Origin: Vitrella brassicaformis CCMP3155
Lineage: Eukaryota; Protista; Chromerida
Length of the DNA stretch: 64,000 bases
Reading direction: 5' to 3'
NCBI GenBank assembly: GCA_001179505.1
Contig: CDMY01000821.1
Span: forward strand, 62,001-126,000
The notes under the pieces are model-generated. The model saw only the letters and a list, made by a program, of their open reading frames with translations. It was not told where the DNA came from and made no database searches. A program made the translations under genes and the position numbers. Positions 12,277 through 22,530 of this stretch are shown here, piece by piece (position 1 is the stretch's first letter; each line of letters starts with the position of its first letter).

Positions 12277-13975
12277 GAGACAGTAGAGTTGATCGACAAT
12301 GACGACGACAGTGAGATCAGCCCCGAGGACTTCTACTTTGCGCTCCCACGAGGGTCAGCCAGCACGCCCGCCCCACCCTCCACACAGACAGAGAGAGTGA
12401 GAGAGAGAGAGAGAGAGAGCGGCAGATCACATCTGAGTCCATCCATTCATTCCTTAATGGCTGCCTGTATGCAGGTGGCCTCCTTGCAATCGACAAGAAA
12501 CTACAGCGGAGAAGCCCTTGCCGGCCGGCCTGCACGCTACAATGGGGGCGTGAATTGATGAGGTGGGCGCTGGAGAAGGTCGCTGTCTCAGCGGTAACAG
12601 TGTCTGTTCTCCTCTTCGAATCTGTCGTTGCAGGTGGCCTCGCTGCGATCGACAAAGAACTACGGCGCGGAAGCTCTTGCCGGCCAGCCTGCACGCTGCA
12701 ACGGAAGCGTGAATTCATGAGGTGAGCGCTGGAGAAGGCCGCTGTGTGAGCGGTAACAGTGCCTGTTCTGCTCTTCGCATCTGTCGTTGCAGGTGGCCTC
12801 GCTGCGATCGACAAAGAACTACGGCGCGGAAGCTTTTGCCGGCCAGCCTGCACGCTGCATTGGGGGCGTGAATTAATGAGGTGAGCGCTGGAGAAGGCCG
12901 CTATCTTAGCGGTAACAGTGCCTGTTCTGCTCTTCGAATCTGTCGTTGCAGGTGGCCTCCCTGCGATCGACAAAGAACTACGGCGCGGAAGCTTTTGCCG
13001 GCCAGCCTGCACGCTGCAATGGGGGCGTGAATTCATGAGGTGAGCGCTGGAGAAGGCCGCTGTCTGAGCGGTAACAGTGCCTGTTCTGCTCTTCGAATCT
13101 GTCGTTGCAGGTGGCCTCCCTGCGATCGACAAAGAACTACGGCGCGGAAGCTCTTGCCGGCCAGCCTGCACGCTGCAATGGGGGCGTGAATTAGTGAGGT
13201 GAGCGCTGGAGAAGGCCGCTGTCTCAGCGATAACAGTGCCTGTTCTCCTCTTCGAATCTGTCGTTGAAATCTCGCGAAATCAGAAATGCTGCCAGAATCG
13301 GCGAGCAGTTTCACGGAGTCGGATGCGAGCTTAGCTATGCGATGTAGGTCGTGGATACCAGTCCCACTACGACACATGTGTGTATCCATCCTTTCCCTGT
13401 CCATCTCTTCCGGCAGATGTATGACCTCTTCAACGCTGCACTCATCCCGCCACTCCGGGTATGTATGTATGTGTGAATGCCGGCCACACACACTCACCAG
13501 ACACACGGAACACAGCCCACCTGTAGGCCAGGCCGCTTACTGTATGTCCATCTCTTCCCTCTTGATTGATGCAGGAAATAGTGTCCGTCTACAGGAGCTC
13601 CAGGCTGCATCCGCGCACAGCCAGCCGAACCTACCGACGGCAATAGCAGCAGCAGCGAGCCGGCTGATGGCGCAGCAGCTGCGGCAGACGCAGCAGCACC
13701 CGCCGACAAAGACAATGAACAACAGGTGAGTGAGCACCACCCCCACGGACTGCCCTCTGTCTACGTGCATGCCTTCTCGTTTCTCTGTGTGTCTTTTTGT
13801 GTGTGTGTGTGTGTGTGTGTGCGTGTGTTGACAGCATTCGTCGTTGATAGCGGTTCAGGCAAGGTCGGCGGTTGATGTGGTGGCGATGATGGACGACGCG
13901 CCAACAGAGCAGCTGATAGAGGCCTTCACGGAGGAGGATGGAAGCAACAAGACTGACACGGTCGTGATGGACTGA
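12277..13975 (+). pseudogene. Hypothetical multi-exon gene, probably decayed, that contains the 159-bp array
   Basis: Splice-bounded, protein-like segments ETVELIDNDDDSEISPEDFYFALPR, MYDLFNAALIPPLR, AQPAEPTDGNSSSSEPADGAAAAADAAAPADKDNEQQ and HSSLIAVQARSAVDVVAMMDDAPTEQLIEAFTEEDG..MD*. Joining them in one frame needs frameshifts near 13590-13615. Confidence 0.35.
12471..13265. repeat. Tandem array of five 159-bp units, each carrying an acceptor (TGCAG|GTG) and candidate donors
   Basis: GCAGGTGGCC recurs at 12471, 12630, 12789, 12948 and 13107. The units differ only by substitutions, and copy 1 is the most diverged. Confidence 0.97.
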
Positions 13976-14639
13976 CCTCACCGATGGATGAGCACATGTG
14001 TATACGTGTTGGTGTGCGTGATAGCGGGACAAGACAACCCCTGTGTGTCTGTGTGTCTGTGTGTGTGCATATATGGAAGGACTATGTGTGTGTGTATATG
14101 GAAGGAGAAGGGATGGGGGGGCCATGGGTCCCATCGATGCAACACCCACCTTCTCTATGTGTCAGGATATGCACCATTCGAGAGCACGGTACGTCTGTGG
14201 ATCCATCATCCCGCTCTTGCAGCCAACACACACATACACGCATCAGTCTTCCCCGGCCGACACGTTAGACCGTCCATCAACCCGCCCATCAACAGAAGAT
14301 GATTGAAGGGGAATACGCCATCCGCCATGATCCATCCATCCATCGTCACCAACTCACCCTCACCGCCCTTGGTTGTCACACAGTGCTGCCCTTCTTTCTC
14401 CCAGTGTCTCTGCCCCGGCACAGCCGATCCATCCCTCACCTCTCTCGCGCCAGCATGCGCCTCCATCGGCCGTGGCCGGCCTCTCAGCTTTCTTGCCCCA
14501 ATGCGGACAGTGATGTGGCTCACAGCTCAGGACAGGGAGAATCGAGACATCATGTTTGAGTCCTTTCTTTCTGCCCTCTTTCCGCCTGTCGTGTGCGCCT
14601 CTTACTTTTCGGCCACACCACAGCCGAAAGCGACAGAAA

Positions 14640-14752
14640 GACCATCCCAGGCAGTCGGCTCGTCCCCAGTCAAGTACGCCAGCAGGGGTGGGCATGAGAA
14701 TGGTAATGCAGGGCACATCGGGATATAAAATGTAGACAACGATATCATCCTG
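14640..14752 (-). repeat. Older, diverged copy of the core of the 1.13-kb unit found at 18.4-20.8 kb
   Basis: CAGGGCACATCGGGATATAAAATGTAGACAACGATATCA is shared exactly with the copies near 18650 and 19780, and the flanks align with mismatches. Confidence 0.85.
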
Positions 14753-15527
14753 ACCTGCGGTGCACTAGAGACGCCACGCAGCCTGTAGTGGCTGCACTGC
14801 ACTTCGATAGGCACTCCATCCCCTCCCCCATCACAGCAGCAGCCATGTCGTTGTATGTCCTGTCCTCTGTCGCATCATTGCTGGTGGCGCCCTCGCTCTG
14901 AAGACTTCATCGTCCGCGTCCCCCCACTCATGGTCTTTCTGTCTGTCCTTCTTGATGGGTCGCAGACCAAACCCAAAGGCCCCCATCACTTCGTCGCCGT
15001 CCCTCCCCCCTCACAGCAGCAGCAGGGTCTCGATGTCCCTAATCACGTCCGCCAGTGGCCTCCTCCTCTCCACCTCGGGCACGCAGAGGCCCCTCCTACC
15101 CGCTGATATCACGCGACACGGCGGCTGTATCATGCTCATGGTAGTCGCTCATTGTCGTTGCTCCCTCCTGACGGACAGCCAGGAAGATGGAAGCCCTCAG
15201 GCGATGGCCACACAGAAACCGCCGTCAGACGAAGACAAGGCGCCCTCTGGCTGCTGCGGCGGTTGTGATCCTCCCCGTCCGCCCCGCTGACACTCCGACG
15301 CATCACCCGCCCCCACCGGCTCTCGCTGGCGGCCTCAGCGGCCGCATACTCGCCCTTGCCTGCTTCTTGCTCAACGGGGCAGCCGAGGCCTTGTCGATGC
15401 GAGTGCGGCCGGGCGGCGAGTGGTGGTGGTGCTGCAGGTGCAGGTCCAGGTGGCAAGAGGTCCAACCCGGCAGCCTTGTCTGGACACACGAACATCCACA
15501 ACAAAGACACAGACACATCCCGCGTTC

Positions 15528-15560
<33 letters not shown>

Positions 15561-15724
15561 ATACGCACCTCTAAGTAGGTGAGTAGTCCGGTCGTCACGG
15601 CCATGCGCCCCGTCGCCGAGCCCGCCCACACCCGTGAGTCCGCCCATTCCCTCACGCCGGCCACTGTCGTGTCTTTCCGTACGTCAATACGCGAGATACA
15701 TGTGCAGCACGCCATCCATCCATG

Positions 15725-18527
15725 TTACCACTCACCGCCCAGCCAACCCCATCCCACGGCGCGACAGAAACGAACGACGAGACGACCAAGCAGAACCCGC
15801 AGCGCCTCCTCCCCCCTCTCCATCGCTGCCGTGTCCGTGGCCTCCCGCTGCCTCCATGTCGCCAGCGCCTCCTCCAGCCGACACATTGCATTCTCGAAAT
15901 TCGCCGCTGCGGCCCCCATGGTGATGCCAGGACCAGCGCGATGGTTCGGTGCTTGAGGGCCTGCCCGAGAATGTCGTTGACCGTCTGGCAGCTGGCGAAC
16001 AAGTGCGCCAGCTGCTCGACGTAGGGGGCCGCCAGAAGGAAGCCGCAGCACAGGCCCACGGAGTAGGCGTTCGTCTGCTGTGTTGGCCAGCAAAGGGCGG
16101 GGGCGACGAAGGGGGGCCTTTGTCGAGGGTGATGATGGCCTCGGCCAGCTCGACTTATGCGGCGGGGTCGGTGTACGAGGCGAACACCGGCAGAATGTCA
16201 AAGGTGTCGACGGCCATGACCCTCCTCGGCTGCTGGGCGGCGTGTGTGGTGACGGCGTACTCGAAGTCGATGGCCACCGATCGGATGGTGCTGCTGCTGG
16301 CATCCCACTGGGCCAGGAAGTTGTTGGGGTTGGCGTCTCCGGGTACCCAGCCGCACTTGTGGATGCGCAGCAGCAGCCTGAGCAGGTAGAGGACGTGCTG
16401 GCGGTGGTGGGCGGCCTCGACTCCGAGACGGGCGAGGGTGGCGGCGAGGGTCTTGATGAGCTCGTTGCGGTGTTCGTCTTCGTCGTCGTTGCCCGCCCTC
16501 GCATCATACAGGTCCCGGAGGGACACTGCACCAACAACCACGTCCCCCTTGCCGCCACTGCCCCCTCCCTCCTCACGCAGCCGACGGACCTCGGCGCCAC
16601 TGAGGAAGCCTGAATGGGTAGACACACACACAGCATAGAGCACACGTGTCTGCGCTGCGATGCACGAGCGCATGCGGTGTGTCGCTCGCTCACCGATGTG
16701 GTCCATCACGAGTACTGTGCCTTCGGCCTTCGTGGTGGTCCGCTGCCCGTCACCTGGCGGCTGGGGGCCTCCCTGCAGCTTCCACTGCTGCCGGTGCAGC
16801 GGCAGCAGCTTCACTGGGAACTGGCCAGGAGGCGCGCCCTTCCACTTGTCTGTGGGCCGCAGATCTCCCCACGCCCTCTCTCTCTCGCCACTCTCCTACC
16901 GTCTCATCCACTGCATCGTTATTCGTTGAACGGGACTCTCACGGAAATAAAATGAAGGCAGCGATATAAGGAAGGCGAGGCGTCCTGCGTCTCCTTCTCG
17001 GCCTGGATAACGCCGCGATGACGTAACGCATGACAGACACGACAGGCCACATCAGGGTCGTCGCATGATGCAGATGCATCTGCACTGTCCTCTCTCTGAG
17101 CTGCATCTCTCTTACCTTCTGAGGTCGGCCCTTTCGCCCAGCAACAAGTCCGATCTGGTAAGCGTGGCTCGGTGAGACATGATGCTCTGCAGCGTCACAC
17201 ACCAACGAGATCCATGAAGATGGTTCTGTCTCGCCACTCTCCTACCTTCTCATGTCAGCGCTCTTTCTTGGTCGCTCATCCACTGCATCGTTATTCGTTG
17301 AACGGGACTCTCACGGATATAAAATGAAGGCAGCGATATACGGAAAGCACAGCGGGCACCATCGGCGCCTCCCCCTCTCCCGGCAGGTCCTTCTGACCCA
17401 GGTCCACCAGCACCTTGGCCTCATGCCGCAGCTTCTCTCTCACCAGCGCCATCAGTTGGGGCGATAGCGGGCCCCCCAGGCTCCTGAGGGGGGGGTGCCT
17501 TGAGCATGTACGAGGGGCCCAGGGTACCCCGAGCCACCCCCCTGACGACGTGGTAGTTCTCGTTCATGGCCGTGGCATACTTGCCGTAGCTCACGAACGA
17601 GTCGAGGAAGGCCTTGCCGTCGGCAGACATGATGGCCGTCTCGTTGTCCGCTCTGGGGACGGTGTTGTGGTACTGCTGCTGCTGCCCTGGCGACGGTGGT
17701 GGTGGTGACGGCAGCTGCGGCCCTGGTGGCGGTGGGGGCGGACCGGCCTCCTTCGGCCTCTGCTCCTCCTTGACGTCCTCTGCCCTCTCCCTCTCCTCAT
17801 CTCCCTCCTGCTGCCTCTGGTCCACCTGCTGGGCTGCCAAGGTAGGGGCGGCTGCCGGCGGCTCGTGGCCGTCGGTCTCAGGGTGCCCCTCATCGTCCCG
17901 TGCCCTCTCCTCCTGCTGCCGCTCGTGAATCACCTCCTCGTCAATCACCTCCGCCTCCTCTCTCCTCTCCCTCTCGTCTCCCTCCTGGTGGCTGGTGGCT
18001 GACGGGGCGCGGCATCCGTCCTCCTCAATCACCTCCGCCTCCTCCCTCCTCTCCGTATCCCTTCCCTCTCCCGCCCTGGCCTTGGGCGCAGCCGGCACCG
18101 CTGGGGTGGCCATCGAGATGGCGGCGATGTTGGGCCTGACGCGCACGGCGTCGTGTTGCGGTGCTGCTGATGTCTGCGGGGCACGGTGGGGCGCCATGGC
18201 GGCGGCGAGTGGAACAAAGCCCCAGCCAGGGGCATGCGCGGCCGGGGCACCCGATGCAGCGATGGGAGGGGGATGCTGGAAGGGCTGCTGCATCATGTGG
18301 GGCAGGGCCGGCATGACTGGCGGCGCATGCGCGCCGATGGGCGCCGCTGTCACACCATACGGGTCCTGCCGAGCCCGAAGGCATACAAGGCCGACACACG
18401 TGTACGCCTCTGCATAGACAGCCAGACAGGCACACAGACAGACAGACAGGCGAGCGCACACACAGACAAGTTCAGCAGCGAGCGCCTGCTTGTGTGTTAT
18501 GACTTCAGCCATCTGGCCCTCCCTCAT
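15725..18527 (-). pseudogene. Disrupted divergent protein kinase gene with a long Pro/Ala/Glu-rich N-terminal region
   Basis: Kinase subdomains occur in order on the minus strand: YHVVRGVARGTLGPSY (Gly loop), EKLRHEAKVL (alphaC), LVMDHIG (hinge), RIHKCGWVPGDANPNNFL (catalytic loop), VAIDFEYA, PPFVAPAL and TNAYSVGL. They are broken by a frameshift near 17470-17500, an in-frame TAA at 16155-16157 and a frameshift in the run near 16111-16116. Confidence 0.75.
16881..17340. repeat. Pair of about 88-bp direct repeats (16881-16968 and 17229-17340, the second with a 28-bp insertion) inside the kinase locus
   Basis: TCTCGCCACTCTCCTACC...CTCATCCACTGCATCGTTATTCGTTGAACGGGACTCTCACGGA(A/T)ATAAAATGAAGGCAGCGATATA is present twice. 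Confidence 0.9.
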
Positions 18528-20797
18528 GCGTACCGTCTTCGACGAGTCCCATGCCCAGGGCGACGGTCTCCTCGGCCAGGGGAAGCGCCAGCAGGGTCTC
18601 AGGCATCCTCTTGACTGGCGTGCAGTAGGGGCATGGGAATAGTAATTCAGGGCACATCGGGATATAAAATGTAGACAACGATATCACCCTGATAGGGGAC
18701 GGAAGGAAATGCCACAGACTGTTTGCTCTCCCATACATTCATCCCTCCTTGTATCCTTACCACCATGATTCATCCCTCCGTCCTGGTCTTGGGCGTCGGA
18801 CGGAGGCCACCACCACCACCATGATGGCCAGCAGCAACAGCCGCAGCCGCCGCAGCAGCAGCAGGGTGGTGGTGGTAGGGGTAGTGGTGGTGCTGGTGAG
18901 GGTGGTTGGGGGGCTCCTCGCCGAAGCGAAGCCGATAAGCCTGGCGGATCCTGTCCTGAAGCAGCCGCAGGTCCGTCCACAGGGTCTTGGGCAATGTCAC
19001 GCCCTGCAGACAGACATCCATGTGGAAAGATAAGTAAAACAGAATACCAGGCGGGTCATTCCTGCGGTGCCATTCTTGCCTCTTCTGTTGAGGTGTCGGA
19101 CTCGAACGCCGCCGGCACCTGCTCTCTCAGCTGCCGAGCAAGTTGCTCGACCTCCATCAGGACGCCAAGCGCCCCAGACCGACTCTCTGCACATGCATAG
19201 ATGGATGGATGCACACAAGGCAGGCCAGCCAGCCAGCCATGCATTAATCTGGATGCACTCGTTGTTCAGCCAGGCACCTACCGAGGTCTTCGATCGAAAA
19301 AGCCGTCATCATTCTTTTGCTCCACTCGGTTGAGATCTTGATCTTCGCTGGGGGCCAAAATTGCTGGGGGCAGGAGGCCGACCTGGTAGAGGCGGAAGGG
19401 CTTCTGCAGCACCGAGGGCACGGCGGTCATGGCGGCGACGCCGTAGGCCCCACGGATGTAGATGTTGATGTCGACAGGCGGCTCGGTCCGCTCCCAGTCT
19501 GGCCACAGGAGATGGCCGACAAAGCTGCCACACGTGTACGCCTCTGCATAGACAGACACACAGGCACACAGACAGACAGGCGAGCGCACACACAGACAAG
19601 TTCAGCAGCGAGCGCCTGCTTCTGTGTTATGACTTCAGCCATCTGGCCCTCCCTCATGCGTACCGTCTTCGACGAGTCCCATGCCCAGGGCGACGGTCTC
19701 CTCGGCCAGGGGAAGCGCCAGCAGGGTCTCAGGCATCCTCTTGACTGGCGTGCAGTAGGGGCATGGGAATAGTAATTCAGGGCACATCGGGATATAAAAT
19801 GTAGACAACGATATCACCCTGATAGGGGACGGAAGGAAATGCCACAGACTGTTTGCTCTCCCATACATTCATCCCTCCTTGTATCCTCACCACCATGATT
19901 CATCCCTCCGTCCTGGTCTTAGGCGTCGGACGGAGGCCACCACCACCACCATGATGGCCAGCAGCAACAGCCGCAGCCGCCNNNNNNNNNNNNNNNNNNN
20001 NNNNNNNNNNNNNNNNNNNNNNNNNNNNNNNNNNNNNNNNNNNNNNNNNNNNNNNNNNNNNNNNNNNNNNNNNNNNNNNNNNNNNNNNNNNNNNNNNNNN
20101 NNNNNNNNNNNNNNNNNNNNNNNNNNNNNNNNNNNNNNNNNNNNNNNNNNNNNNNNNNNNNNNNNNNNNNNNNNNNNNNNNNNNNNNNNNNNNNNNNNNN
20201 NNNNNNNNNNNNNNNNNNNNNNNNNNNNNNNNNNNNNNNNNNNNNNNNNNNNNNNNNNNNNNNNNNNNNNNNNNNNNNNNNCTCTCAGCTGCCGAGCAAG
20301 TTGCTCGACCTCCATCAGGACGCCAAGCGCCCCAGACCGACTCTCTGCACATGCATAGATGGATGGATGCACACAAGGCAGGCCAGCCAGCCAGCCATGC
20401 ATTAATCTGGATGCACTCGTTGTTCAGCCAGGCACCTACCGAGGTCTTCGATCGAAAAAGCCGTCATCATTCTTTTGCTCCACTCGGTTGAGATCTTGAT
20501 CTTCGCTGGGGGCCAAAATTGCTGGGGGCAGGAGGCCGACTTGGTAGAGGCGGAAGGGCTTCTGCAGCACCGAGGGCACGGCGGTCATGGCGGCGACGCC
20601 GTAGGCCCCACGGATGTGGATGTTGATGTCGACGGGCGGCTCGGTCCGCTCCCAGTCTGGCCACAGGAGATGGCCGACAAAGCTGCCACACGTGTACGCT
20701 GTGTTACGACCACAGCCATCTGGCCCTCCCTCATGCGTACCGCCTTCGACGAGTCCCATGCCCAGGGCGACGGTCTCCTCGGCCAGGGGAAGCGCCA
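18396..20797. repeat. Near-identical tandem unit of about 1134 bp: two full copies (the second spans the gap) plus a partial third
   Basis: ACACGTGTACG recurs at 18396, 19530 and 20688. The copies match over hundreds of bases with scattered SNPs. Confidence 0.9.
19982..20281. other. Assembly gap (300 N)
   Basis: Run of N. Its flanks match the flanks of 18852-19123 in the first tandem copy. Confidence 1.
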
Positions 20798-21074
20798 CGC
20801 AGCACATGACCAGGTGGGCATATTGCCTCAAGAGGCCCTTGAGAAAACCCCGCACGCGCGACAGGTAGGTGCCGGCATCGCACCAGTACTCGCCGCCCTT
20901 GACGGCGCATCCAGGGGACGCGGGCAGGCAGGGCGTGTGGCTGAGCAGCTTGGCAAATGTGTGCAGCATCGCGGCTTGGAGCTGCGCGAGGGAGCAGATG
21001 CCTGTGAGGCGAGGCGGGGGCGGGCCTGTGGGTGTGCCGGGAGGGGAAGGGCTGAGCTGATAGACGCCGGACAC
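20436..21074 (-). pseudogene. Hypothetical ORF or gene fragment paralogous to the N-terminal region of the broken kinase
   Basis: 212-aa ORF. Its AYTC...YGVAAMTAVPSVLQKPF aligns with AYTC...YGVTAA..MPALPHMMQQPF of ORF 17421-18527. Confidence 0.4.
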
Positions 21075-21408
21075 ATGCAGCCCATGTAGGAGCCTGCATG
21101 GCAGAAAGACAGACAGACAGACAGGCAGGCGTGTGTGGCTTCCTGTCGTCTCTTTGTGTCAATCACACCCACTGTGAGAGTGTCTGGCGGTATATCATAA
21201 TCGGCTGCAGTCGCCCTATCCACTGAGCGGGTGACACCTGCATGACGCACACAGCAGTCACACAAACGCGGCGATTGATTGCCTCGCGTCGCTCTCCCTG
21301 CGTCGACCGTCTCACCCACCCACCCACCCACCTCTGTCTGCATCGGCTGTGGCGCCTGGTACGGGACTATGGCCGTCCCCATCGTCTCGCCGTGGTCGCC
21401 CTCTATCA

Positions 21409-22530
21409 TCATCGGGACAGCCTCAGCCGCCGCTGCTGCTGAGGTCGATGGCTCGTCGTGGAGCACGTAGGTGCACTTGGCGGCCGGATGGTAGACGGTC
21501 TTCCATGTCCCCGATACGTAGCTTGTATGGGAGCGGCGTGTCTTCGGATGGGCTTGAAATGGCCATCCGATCCGCGATAGGAGGTCCGATATATCGAGGG
21601 ACGACTGTACAAACACCATCGGGGCCGCTCTGGATCTGTGGGGGCTGGCCGACACGTGACACATGACAAGTGACACACACACATAACAGACAGACACATG
21701 GACGGACGGACGGACACGTATGCATGTGATGTGCAGAGAGAGGGGGAGGTGGGGTGGATGATGCAACCCACCCCAGCCACCCATCAGTGACGTGACGTAC
21801 CGTCTGGCACGAGGGTGTACACGATGTAGTGACCCCTTACAGCGCTCGAACCGCTGTGCACCACAACGGCTAACAACCACAGACACAAACAGAGGGAGAG
21901 AGTCACACACACGTGCGGTGCGCATGGCTGCCTCCTCCCAATCAGCTCACTCACCGGTCACTTTGTGTTTGCGCCGTTCGCCGTCCCCCGCGTCGACATC
22001 CATGTCCGACTCCGATGCGGGCGCCGAGCCGTTGTTGGCGGCGTAGGCGTCGAGGTCCAGGTCCAACTCCAACGGCAGTTCCACGTGGGTCTTCACCTGC
22101 AGAGACACACAAACACGCCAATGGACGGATGCATGGGATGGAGGGGTGTGGGTTGTCCCTCTCTCTCTCTCTCTCTCTCTTTCTTTGTGTGTGGGTGGGT
22201 GGGTGGGTGGGTGGGTGGCTGGTGCCCCCGTGCCCCCGTACCTTGTGATTGGGGTCCAGTTTGCGTTCGAACTGCAGGATGGCCACTTCCGGGACCACAG
22301 ACAGACTGGTGGCCTTGGAGGCGTCACGCTTGCGCCCACAGGCCTCGCACTCGTACCTGACACACATGGAGACAAAGAAAGATACACACACATGCTGTTG
22401 TGTGTCGATTGGGTGGGTTAGGTGCCTCCTTACTGGTTGTCGCCCTGCAGTGACTCCTGTGCAAAGTACGATTTCATGCACTCGTCAACCGTTACGCTAG
22501 CAGACTGCCAAAGGACACGCACAGAGAGAG
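21409..22530 (-). pseudogene. Ubiquitin-specific protease (peptidase C19) C-terminal fragment
   Basis: Spliced exons give SVTVDECMKSYFAQESLQGDNQ-YECEACGRKRDASKATSLSVVPEVAILQFER..VKTHVELPLELDL..HKVT-AVVVHSGSSAVRGHYIVY, i.e. the zinc-finger fingers region and the His box (exon 21801-21869). No Cys box was found upstream. Confidence 0.75.

Noticed and set aside
12317-13171. 284-aa minus-strand ORF with a 53-aa repeat taken as a real repeat protein, or the array taken as CRISPR-like
   Set aside because: It has no ATG start and is bounded by a stop just upstream. A stop-free frame is expected when a unit divisible by 3 is amplified, and the splice signals point to the plus strand. There are no unique spacers and no cas genes.
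20385-20440. WLNNECI resembling the Ulp1/SENP WLNDEVI motif (also at about 19250-19290)
   Set aside because: It falls after a strong donor (G|GTAGGT) inside a microsatellite intron, in a frame with upstream stops, and no His or Cys protease motifs follow.
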